This document shows, in pieces, positions 13,364-25,100 of a stretch of 64,000 nt of DNA. A model generated the notes under the pieces. It worked only from the letters and a program-made list of their open reading frames with translations. It made no database searches and was not told the origin of the DNA. Origin of the DNA: Lytechinus pictus (taxonomy: Eukaryota). Both the position numbers and the translations under genes were made by a program. The stretch's first letter is position 1. Every line of letters begins with the position of its first letter. The stretch spans positions 20,710,001-20,774,000 of the forward strand of contig NC_087252.1 in assembly GCF_037042905.1 (NCBI RefSeq), in the 5' to 3' direction.

Positions 13364-16300
13364 TTATGGAAAACACGAAAATAATAGGTACCTGATAAAT
13401 TAAAATTTGCGAGCGCGCAGCGCAAGCAGCAAATGTTAACATTCAGACCATAAAACTGACATTTTTACAGAGCACTTTTAAAAACCAATTTGTAAATTAC
13501 ACAAAATAATGAAAGTTCGATTTCCGAGGTGAAATATGTTTTGTATATTGACTTCCAAACTTGATATTCGAACTCCATATTGAACAAGATATGTAAATCA
13601 CCCTAGATCCGCCTATGGGGACAAGGGGCGGGAAAATTTGACAAGCAAAAAAAAATGGTTATCATCGTCAAAGTAAGTTCATCTCGTCCCAAAATACATG
13701 TGTTATTTCGATTTATAATGATGTATTTCTTACCATCATAAAAGACCAAAAATAGTAGGGGGGACATTTGATATTGTGTCCCCCCTACTATTTTGAGTAG
13801 GGGGGACACGTCCCCCCTGTCCCCCCTGGGATTTCCGCCCATGCCAAAATGGTCACATTTTGATTATGTACTATATTATTAATATCATATTAAATTAAAT
13901 AATTTGTCACTGATTATGATTGATACAACAAATCTTACAAAAATACAGAGCAACACCATTGGAATACTTTTGATACATGCAATTGTCATTGCTAATTGTA
14001 GGGACCAAAATGACCACTAAATAGCCATTAAGACTGATATATTTGAAATCATTGTGTTAATCTGATTCAGAAAGTTATTGTAATATGTCCTATCTAACAT
14101 TAAATGATGCTAATAATATCTCATTCCTGAATTCGTTTCCATGAATATTTACAAAATGGTCAGTGCCTAAAATCAGAAAAACGACCAAAGTGCATGGTCA
14201 AACAACCTTATGTATACTTGTTGTGAAGGTTTTTATTACATTCATTAGACTCTTGATTATTAGTGTAGTAGCTCACGCTGATAGTAATATTAAGCAACAT
14301 TTGAGCCCTTTTTAAATCAAATAATGTGTGGTCACTAGACATTATTGAGGAAAAGTGATCAAAATGACCACACGGTCCAATAGTTCGGCCAATAACACTG
14401 GTTTATATGGAATCATTGCATTGATTTTCACCCAAAAGCTTTCAAACTTTTCCCATTTAACAATAATTTATGCTAATATTAACAATCCTGAATTGTCTCC
14501 TCACCATGTTCGCTATAGGCTGATTTAGTATACACATTGGGCAGGGGATAATGTTGCAAAAATGACCAAGGTGGTCAACATATTTTTGGGAAACTCAATT
14601 TAAATGATTAATACACCAGTGTTAGGTGTCACAGCACACCCTTGTAATGATTATAGCAACATTCAAAGTATTTTTGGATAAATTGAGGTACTAGTATTGA
14701 ACAGATGGTATTGGTCATTTGTGGCCAAAAAGTGGCCAAAATGACCATAATCTGTTAAATGATGTCATTAAGACTGACATATTGGGAATCAGCATGAAAT
14801 TCTACACAAGAACAACCTATGCATCATTCCCATTTTATAAAGGAGAAAGATAAAGTACACTGAAGATCAGATTCCAGCCGTTTTGCACAGCTATTATGCA
14901 AAATTGCACAAATGTTCAGTTACCAAAAATTACCCTCATAGGTCAAAAGTCAAAACTAAGGACATAAATTACATGAGGTAAAAATTCTTTTTAAATGTTC
15001 ATTTTAAAAGATTAATACACCAATGATATATGTCACAGCACACCCTTGTAACGATTCTGGTAACATTGAAGATTTTTTGATGAATTGAACTGTTATTGGT
15101 CATTTTTAAGGCCATAAGTGGCCAAAATGACCATAATGTGTTAGATAGGGTCATTAAGACTGATATATTTACAATCAGCATAATATTCTATACAAGATAG
15201 ACCTTTTAATGCATTCCCATTTTATAAGGGAGGTAAATAAAACACGATAAAGATCGCAAAATGTGCAGTTTTTTTATGCAAAACTGCGCGAATGGTCAGT
15301 TATGTCTAAAGTACCCAAAATGACCTTCACATGTCAAAACTGACAGAATAAATTACATGAGGTTGATTGTTATGATCTAGCGCACATTTTGAAAATAAAT
15401 GTGGATTTCTAAAGACATCCAATCGTAGCTCTGATCAATAATTGTAACACATTTCGGACCAAAAAATCATGAAAATTGTCATTTTTGGCCAAAATATGGC
15501 CAAAATGACCACTTCTATTGTGATTTGGCAAATGAAACCACTTTATCTTGAATCTGGGTGCATTTTTACGTAAGATAGATCCTTTTAATTGCATCTGGCT
15601 ACAAAAGCAGTCTGTTAAGGGACCACTTTCCAAAGAGTGGTCAAAATTGTCATTTTTTGTCAAAAATTGCCAAAATGGCCAAAATGACGTGAGTACGGTC
15701 AGTAAGAGTGACATTTTTGGAATCAGCTCACAATTTTTCCCCGGATAAGCTTGTCAAACCTTCCCCACCAAAAATTCTGAATAAAGCCCCCTATCTCCTA
15801 GACTATACGTTTACCTTCTTTTGGATGGTGACGTGAAATAAGGTCACGAACGTTAATATATTGTAATAAGCCGATAAAACCATAAACACCACATGCGCAT
15901 GTGCGCTCTTGACCTTGATCAAGGTTTGCTTCAATACTGTTCCACAAAACAAAATAATGTCAACGCTATCTCACGTACAGCTCGTCCCTGATCACACATT
16001 TCTCCCGCCTTTTCTCCCGCACCATGATGTCTCCCGACCTTTGATCATCTTTCTGCAATTTCAAGCGTTTATGCATTCGGTATGGCAACTTACCGACCTT
16101 AAGATTGGTTGTACTCTTAGATGATAGTATTTTCCTCTAGATCTTCACGGATATCTTTCATAGTATTCATTGATCCAGTATGCGTTATAATTCATCAAAA
16201 ATGCAATTGCCTACGTGTACTAGTCTTATAGTGGGTGGGTAAATGCGCAGTACAGAAGTCCATGATGGGGAATCCCCATGCCAGAAGTCACGAGAACAAG

Positions 16301-18963
16301 GCAGGCGGTGCGGATCTGTAGTCTGCAGGCACAGACCCCGATTGAAACTTTGACCAAAGTTCCACACGTATCCATTCAGCGAGAGGGCCTTCAGTACACA
16401 AGGCATTATAGGCTTCACATCAGTGGCGGATCTAGCTTTTTGCTAAGAGGGGGGGGGGGTAGAAAATTTGGTTTGACCCATAGTGATATATATAAGCTGC
16501 AACGCCGAGTCTCACCCCACCCCCCCCCCCCCCACTCGTAGATCCACCACTGTTCTGCTTAATTGCGCAACTCTCGTAATCAGGGAAGGCAGGGGCCGCG
16601 ATAGCGGGGGGCTGGGGGCTTCAGCCCACCCCCCCCCCCCCCATTTTTTTCCAAAACTGTACAAAAACGTAAAAATGACCATATGATTGTGATTTTTTGC
16701 ATGGTCAGCCCCCAAAAAATATTTTTTGGCTCAGCCCCCCACTTTGAAAACCGTTCCGCGGGCCCTGGAAAGGACGTATCCGTGCCCCACCCCCCTGAAG
16801 ACCTTTTTTGCCCCCCCCCCCCTGACGAGCCTGAAGACCTTTTTTGCCCCCCCCCCCCCCCCCTGACGAGCTTGAAAACTTTTTTTTTTTTTTTTTTTTT
16901 TTTTGGGCTTGTCAATTTTTTTGGACGGTTTTGCCCCCCCCCCCCCTGTGGAAAATCCTAGGTACGCTACTGCCTCCCTTTACCCACATTTATTTCTTAA
17001 GGATGTTTTTATTGTATTCTCTCAAATCAAAATACACATTCACATTCCATAAACAAGTTGTACAAATTATTTGAAACATGATTATAAATTATACAATAAA
17101 TCCATATGCTATATAATTATACAAATTATACGTTAAACTTCATAGATGCTGGAAATTAATACTGATGCGTTTCAACAATTTTTATTACAAAATAAAATTT
17201 TGACAAGATGTATCAAATGACAAGAGAGAAAAAAAAACAATTTATTCTACAAAACGTCGATCTGTCGAGGAAACGCATGGTCGGTTAAAAGGTGGTATAC
17301 GGGTTTTCCCCGGTGTATACTAATTAAAACGCGTATTTCCCCCTATATATTTCCTTAAACATATATACTATCAGCATGATTCATGGGTTCCATGACATTG
17401 TCTCTGGCGACAATTGCTACGATGGAATATATACACGTTAAGCCAGGCATAAAACCGTATCTACAAAACTAAATAAACCCTAATCTTTATCGTTACATTA
17501 TTCTATAAACCCAAAATTATATGCAATCCTAACTCTAACCCCATGCCCTCTGAGGTAATACCGGAGAAATTATCGCAGGAGCAAATGTCGTGTCAACGAT
17601 TCATGACTACACCCGATATTCGCAATAGGACATCTCAGGCACGGGTTCCACCCCCCCCCCCCCCACAATTGTAAAATCTTCTTTAATTCTTTCTGATATA
17701 GTCATGTATATTTTTTTAATTATTATTATTGGGATTGCCCCTAAATTTTAGGCCTATTTCTTTTTTTTTCGGGGAATAGGCCCGGGGGCTGCAGGGGGAG
17801 AGTGTAGTAACTGGATCATCGTGGCTTCATATCCTTATCAGTAGGCTATATACTTTTGCGGCTCTAATGAAACAAACTTGATGGAGTTGACCTACGTAAT
17901 TCATCATTCTGAACAAAGCTCACTCCCTATCCCGATATCAAATTGATATTGATACCATGATGGACCCTACCACAAAATACTAACTCCGGTTAGATGGATT
18001 GAATTTAGCGATTGTGATGAAGCCAAGTCAGCTCCAATATAATTATATAGGCCCTATATTTTTTATCTGATAGGAAATTTAAATAAGAATAACCAGTGAT
18101 TGAAATTGATTCGAGTGTCCAAGAAAAAAATAATTACCTTGATATTAGTTTGACAAGTTTTTTATTTTATGAAGTAGGCCTAGTTCACACTATATTGGTA
18201 AATCAAATGAGCGAGCAGCGATTTCGTGATGTTGTGCGGGGGACGACCCTCTCCAATTGGCTGTTGTATATAAAATTCGGATAAAGGGTGGTTTTGAAAG
18301 ACTGGTCAAACGGGTTTAGATATGTTTTTTCCCCAAGCTTTTTCCCCGCGGTCATATACTGGCGACTACTTCTTTAGGGGCCAAATATTGTGTAAATAAA
18401 GCCCGCGAAAAAAAATAGGGGGCTATTTTGCACCCAGAGAAAAAAAAACTCGTTTGGGGGTGTTTGGAAATAATTTGGTCACGCATGTGCATGTACAGCA
18501 ATACATTTGACTGCCCCCCAACCCCGGTGCTCCTGCGACATTTGCGTCCGGTCTTATTTTCTCAGAGCGTATACCGGGAAAAAAATTCAAGCCCCCCCCC
18601 CCCCCCCCAATAAGGATCCTCACTTCATTATTAACGACAAATTCCCATAAATAAATATTTACTATGACTGTAGAAAGGGGGCACGTATACGGCGCCGGGC
18701 CGGATGTGCCCCCGCCCCCCCCCCCCTGGACCCTACACTGCAGAGAGCATAGATTGTAATCTAGTTTTTGGTTAAAAATAATGCAAAGATAATGATAATG
18801 ATTATGGTTTGTTTAGTTTTGTAGATAAGATTTTATGCAGATTGTCCATTGGAGCAATTGTAAATTCGGAGGAAATGTCATGGACCACAAAACATCTTGG
18901 TAATTTTGGTAGATTAAAAAAAAGCACCGGTGTATGTCGCCACCTGCGACCAATTACTGACAT

Positions 18964-18976
18964 GTTGCTAAGAAAC
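18964..18976. promoter_or_regulatory. RFX X-box-like motif with flanking CCAAT/ATTGG boxes upstream of the WD40 gene
   Basis: GTTGCTAAGAAAC (reverse complement GTTTCTTAGCAAC) about 120 bp upstream of the ATG; CCAAT near 18950 and ATTGG near 18988. Confidence 0.55.
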
Positions 18977-19096
18977 ACGAAAGATCGATTGGATTTCAAG
19001 TTGAGAAGTAATTTGAATTTCGAAGTAGAACTAGGGCCTAGTTCAAAGTTATTTTTTTAGTCTTGACCATGGATGAAACCATAATCAGCCGATAAT

Positions 19097-19199
19097 ATGG
19101 CTATGGAAAAACAGAGTGTCTTGAAAGAGACACACCACAGATCAGTGACTGCTCTGGGATACCACCCGTTAAGGCGTGAAATAGTTGCAGGATTTGAAG
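19097..19199 (+). CDS. WD40 gene exon 1 (MAMEKQSVLKETHHRSVTALGYHPLRREIVAGFE)
   Basis: ATG at 19097; donor GAAG|gtacgt, phase 1; joins exon 2 to give GFEDGFIKMWE. Confidence 0.85.
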
Positions 19200-22100
19200 G
19201 TACGTTAGTGGTCCCACTAGCTGTTTTTTGTGTTAGCTGATACCCCTGGAATTGCTAACGAAAGTCGAAAGCCATTAAGAAAAGTCAAACAAAGCTCGGC
19301 GCTAATGCAGTTTCGTACCGGTCGACTTTTCCCAGCAGTAAAGTTCGTTGTTCACAAATATCATACTCAATCACATTTCAAGGTCATCATTAATATTAAA
19401 TTATTAGGGTGACTGCACACAGAGCTAAAAGTAAAACTAGTATTTAGTAAAAGTTTTGCCCTTTTTTTCCAGTTCACTGCAATAAAAATAAAATTAACAC
19501 AGCCAAAAATAACCCAACTACTTTTTAGTTTACATTTGGTCACTACCATGAATTTGATGTGGCATTAAAGAGGGAAGTTCAGAGTATTTTGTGAATAATG
19601 TACCATATTTAAACTAGCACTGCAGGTTTTTGTAGTAATTGATAGGCCTATATGGGGGGTGGGGTGTCCGGACACTTAATATTTTTGAAGCCTTCTTTTT
19701 TGTCTTTGGATGACACTAAAAATACGAATTCAATAGTTGTAATCATCTTCTGTTTTGTTCTCTATAATATTACCTAACATTTCGTACTAAACATTTTATG
19801 AAACTTTGCTTGTAAATTTTTCCAAATGACTTTCTAAAACTGATCGTCCGGACACACAACCTGTCCGGACACACAACAACTGGGTATAGGCCCTATAGAC
19901 TTTATAGTATGGCAAATGCAATATGGAAATACACATTTTTCACCTTTCCTTGACCTTGGCTTTGCCTTTAGGATCAAGTGCAATTGATTTCAAAATGCCC
20001 TTCCCCCACTACTCCAGAAAGCCCAATGTAAAATTGCACACAAAATATTTGCACTCTGTGTCATCGTGTGTTTCAGCTGTGTGTGTGTTGTGACAAATTA
20101 TACTACAGTACAGAGCCTATTGGGAGCAATTGGCTGAATTTCATTCAAAATTCATTTGATTATTATTCAAAACCGATTCAAGGATTACTATGAAATTTGT
20201 TAGATGTCTATTTTGCACTATTTTCATCAAGATCTGAAAAAATCAGACAGTTTGATGAAGTACTTAGTTGATGAGATAGAAAATTCTTGCGGACTCCCTA
20301 CCTGTACAAATGTGTAAATACGTAACATTTTACCATCCGTAACAGTTTCTTTTCTGTATGCATATTTCTCATTTTTGCCTTTGAGGCTTTGTTGAAAACG
20401 TTTTTGTAATTGGACTTTTTTGTAAGCGCTGAAATAATTTTATGTTCACAAAATACATGTATGCGTACCGCCAGTCCATGGTTTGGACAATTGAAACCGT
20501 CTTTGTGAATTTGGGTCAATATTTAGATTTTACACTAATTAGCACATTCCATTACGGTCAGGATTTGATTTCAGCAGTCATCGGGCAGTTTGGACCGAGA
20601 TCAATATGGTCTCTCTATGGCCCATCCTCATTGCAGTCATATTTCATGCACCTGACAAAGTCAAACTACTCTGAAACAAATGGGAAGTTGCTTCAAATTG
20701 AAATACAATTTACATGTTCAAAACAAAATACTGCCCCTAGCTATAGATTTTTTTTTTAGAAATGTTGTCAGTAGACTAAATATATGTAAGCTTCCGAATT
20801 TTGCACACAGCTGTAAGAGGGTAGCAATTGTCACTACTTGCAATTTTAGCACCTTGGTCAAGCAGCTGTAGTTCCACAAGGTACTCTTTAGGTCCAGTGT
20901 TGTTCATAATTATTTTTCTTTGTTTGTTTTCTTTATACAGATGGCTTCATTAAGATGTGGGAGGTCGAAGGCTACAAGCTCTCTGTCACCACTCATGAAC
21001 ATCAAGGCTGGGTCACTGACTTCCTCTACTGGTATGCAATGGACAGAATACTTCATGAGGTGAAAGATGAAACGATCCATTCAACGAGGGGTAGCCGAGT
21101 TGAATGGATCATTATTTCATCTTTCACCGAATGGAGTATTCTGTCCATTGCACGAATGAAAAAAACATTCATTATTTGATTTATATGACACCTAACAGAT
21201 TTTTTTTTTCATATGAAATTTATGAATGTCGATGCTAAACAGTGCGAGTTCGGTCTGTTGATTGTTACGTCATTACAACATGCACACTGTTGGTGCCTGC
21301 AGCTGCAGTCTCGGTGCGCGAGTGCAATGGACAAAATCGTATGGATCCAAAATTGATGACGTCATTGCAAAATGGGCTGAATGAACGATATCAAACAACC
21401 AATTATATCACAAGGATCTATCTAGATGTCATAAAATATGCAACATGGAGTACTTTGGTTCCAAGATTTATTGCAATCAGTAAAAAACACAAAATACAAT
21501 GATAAAAGACAACATACAAGTTTTACCCCCTAAAAAATTAAATTTAATTGGGTACGTGGTATTCTAATTGCCATGGTTTAACTTAGACCACACTTATGGA
21601 GTGCCAGTTGTCAACCTATTCAAGAATAAAAAAATGATTCTTATACTGCTGCAAAAAGCTGTCAAAGATGAATTGAGCCGTTAAATAGAAATATATGAAA
21701 ATATAATTAATTTTAATGAATTAGACTAGGTGGTACATTGGAATTGCCATGAATATGTAAGACATATTAAAATTATTATGAAGCCAGCTTTCCATAGAAG
21801 TATGGTTTTGAAATTTTAGATTTGACTAGAGTTAAACCTAGGTTCAAATATCTGAATACCACCTAATGAGTTCACATAGAGAGGAAAGTAATCAAATGGA
21901 ATTTAGGTGACTGCAAATTCACTGCAAAATTTTTTTTGAGGGGGTACAGAAAATAGTGATTGGCATTTACATTTATCAATGGAAACTGTTGTTTGCCTAA
22001 AGAGCAAGCCTTTTCATTGAAACATTGTACACTGTATATCGCTTTTATTTGATTCTTCAGGCTATAACACACAAACACCATATTCTAAGTATTATTAAAT

Positions 22101-25100
22101 GGCCTGTATTCTGAAGTGAGCTCTTGTTCAGTTTAAACTCTTAAGAGTTGTGGTTAATTCATGGATAGCCAGTTATAACAGAAATCTCTAACAGTGGATG
22201 TTCAATAAGTTAACAAATTGTTGCTCAGATCATTCATAACTGTTTTGGAATGATGAATAAAATACTTTTCTTCAACATTCAAGCGTAGGGAAAGACAAAA
22301 CGTAGTAAACAGAGAAATAAACAATGTAAACATTGAAAAAAAAATTAGCTTCCTATATTGTTAGCACAGATTTTAGACCATGCATGGCCTAAGATTTAAT
22401 GGTGGACTGTAGAATATGCGGCCAAATAGTTTTTAAAACTATTTTTAGCTAAGAATCTGTTCACACTGTATTGTCTTATGTCTTCTGTATACAATATTCG
22501 TCTCTATTTTATTTGTCAAGAATAGTACATTAGCATCATTCTATTATATCATTTTATAATTTTATCAGAAATAATTATTACTAGATAGCTTACATTTGAG
22601 ACTTTTAACATCATGCATGTACATTTCAGATCAGGGTCCCGTTGCATAACAGTTACCATTATAGTAACTGTGTCATCCATTGGTAACTACCATGGTAACA
22701 AGGCTCAACAGCCAATCAAAATCAAGGATACCATGAAAGATACCATTGGATGGCACATTTACTATAATGGTAATTTCTATGCAACGGGGAACTGATTTGG
22801 TTTCCAAATCATCCCATTTCCTACCCACAAGCTTGACTTCATTATTCTCTTAATTTGATTTCATTCAGGCCAGAAGCCAAGGTAATGTTTTCATCGTCTA
22901 ACGATGGGACAATCATCGCTTGGTCAACGGCAGCTGCAGTACACGATCACATCTCAGTAAGTTATTTTCCTGAAAATTAGGCCTAAATTCACAAAGGTGG
23001 TTTTGAAAACCCACGGTTGAGTCCATGGTTTGTGCAGATTTCCTGTATAAATTACGCTTAATTTAGAACGTATCGGGCGCATGTATAAAAGATGTCCATT
23101 GCTGATGCACGCTTTTGTCACAGTGCGCCAAATTGACGCCTGTTGCCGTGGATATCCACGCTATTTTATTCGTGGGTCCACTGTTTTTATTAATGAGTCT
23201 TCTCTTCGAACAGTTGAGTCATGAATAAAATAGCGTATCTAACCATGGTAACAGGCATCAATTTGGCGCAATGTGACAAAAGTGCGCATCAGCATTGGAT
23301 GTTTTTTATACACGTACCCGATACGCGCTAAATTAAGCATAATTTATACAAGAAATCTGCATAAACCATGGATTCAACCGTGGGTTTTCAAAACCACCTT
23401 TGTGAATTTGGGCCTTAACGTTTTAAAAATAAATGACAAATCCTTTGTTTAAACTTTATAGCTCCAAAGTCTTCTTATTTTTCAATCCTCAGATGATTTA
23501 ATATTCATTATGTTTTTTTTTATTGTCAACATTGTTTGAAACTGATAGGTTGATAAATGACTCAAATGACAATACTCATTTTTGATGTTTGCTTCTTTGT
23601 AATATCACTATACTTCATCATGTAGTTTACGCTGACTTTGACATTACTTTCGCTGCTTCCTTGAACAGTTTGGTTCGCCTGTATACACTATGGCTTTAAA
23701 TGTTAGGAGGCATCAGCTCGTCTGTGGCTTTAATGCTTGTATCAGGGTCTTCAGCTTAGATGAAAGTAAGTCTCGTATTCATAATTCTTTTTGCTTTTTT
23801 ACAATTTTTTCCTCCCTATTTTTACAAGAAAAAAAATCACATTTACATTTGTGTTAAATTCAATAATTTGCAAGAGGTTTCCAGTTCAAGTTTACTTTCT
23901 TTCCACTGAAAGGCACAAACAAATACATTCATTCATATACAATATCAATGAGTTAAAACAAATCAGTAAGAATGAACCCATGAACAATGTGCTGAGAATA
24001 TCAGGTATACAGTATGGGAAAGAGGTGGTCTGTATAAAAAGCAAAGCTTGTTGAGCACAAATCACCTTTGTAACAACAATAAAAAGCAAGACATGAGTAT
24101 TAAAAATATCAATAGTCTGCATGAAAAAACAAATGCAGATAAGAAAAGGCTAAATAAAAGGTTAAAGATGTACATATATACAGAATTTTCATAAGAAACT
24201 GCATTTTTATTTGATCACCACCTTAAATCTACACAACATATATAGATTGCAATGTATGTTCTTTTGAGAGTATATTTACTCTTTTTTTACAGAAAAACCA
24301 TGTTATACTATAAACATCTTTGTCAGGATACAACTTTTCTTTTACTACTGTTCTTTCTTATTTATATTATTATTTCCTTATTGGTGATATTTCATTTTTG
24401 AAATTTTATTTATTCCTTGTTTTTTAATGTTGAAAATATTTTTTTAATTGTTTCTAAAATTTATCATTTTCAAACTGTACATTTAGGCCTAAAGCTTACA
24501 TGTCTCTTTCCTTCCCCTTCTGTCTTTGTCTATCTATATCTTTTTCCTTTTTATCCTCTTTCTCAGCTTTCCTTCTCTATCTTTCCCTGTTGCTTTCTTT
24601 CTTCTCTTTCACTCTATTCTTTACAATTTATTTCTCTTCTGGGGCCCGTTGCATAAAACTTATGCCATAAAAAAACTCTGGCAATTTTTTTAATTTTTTA
24701 CCAGAGTTTTTAATGTGTAATTCTCAATGGCATAATTCAGTTAATTTGCCAGAGTTTTTTTATGGCAAAAGATTTATGCATTGGGTCCCTGGTGTTCTTT
24801 TTCTACCCATTTTCTTTTCCTCACATCCCAGTTCTCCTCTTTCCCCTTGCTGTAAAAGAAAAAAAAAACTTCAGTCTCATGCTTTTTTTCTGTCTTTCTT
24901 TCCACTGCCACAGACAGAGAGAGCGGTCATCTAATAGATCTCAAATATTCCTACAACTCCAAGGAGCACACAGATATTGTCAAATGCATAGTCTGTCTGG
25001 AGTCAAGGGTTTACTCAGCTGGGTAAGTAGCTTTCGGCAGTTTCTATCTAATTGGTCTAGAAGCAGTTGATCAACTTCTCAGAATTTCTAATACTAAATG

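Larger units (their letters stand above)
11927..13843 (+). mobile_element. Composite non-autonomous hAT-type element inserted in the foldback right arm
   Basis: Termini CAGGGGCGGAAATC...GATTTCCGCCCATG; 8-bp TSD CCAAAATG (11919-11926 and 13844-13851); internal GCGAGCGCGAAGCGCGAGC subrepeats; inner terminal pair CATGGGGCGGATCCAG...CTAGATCCGCCTATG. Confidence 0.88.
7991..15805. mobile_element. Giant foldback (near-complete inverted repeat) non-autonomous DNA transposon with Academ-like termini
   Basis: The terminal 59 bp form a perfect inverted repeat (TAGTCTAGGAGATAGGGGGCTTTATTCAG...). TAC lies on both flanks (7988-7990 and 15806-15808). Inverted homology can be followed inward to about 11450 and 11560. 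No transposase ORF. Confidence 0.85.

Noticed and set aside
8144..15714. Matching peptides (LKGSILRKNAPRFKIKWFHLPNHN) on opposite strands as duplicated genes
   Set aside because: They are the two arms of the foldback inverted repeat; short and not protein-like.
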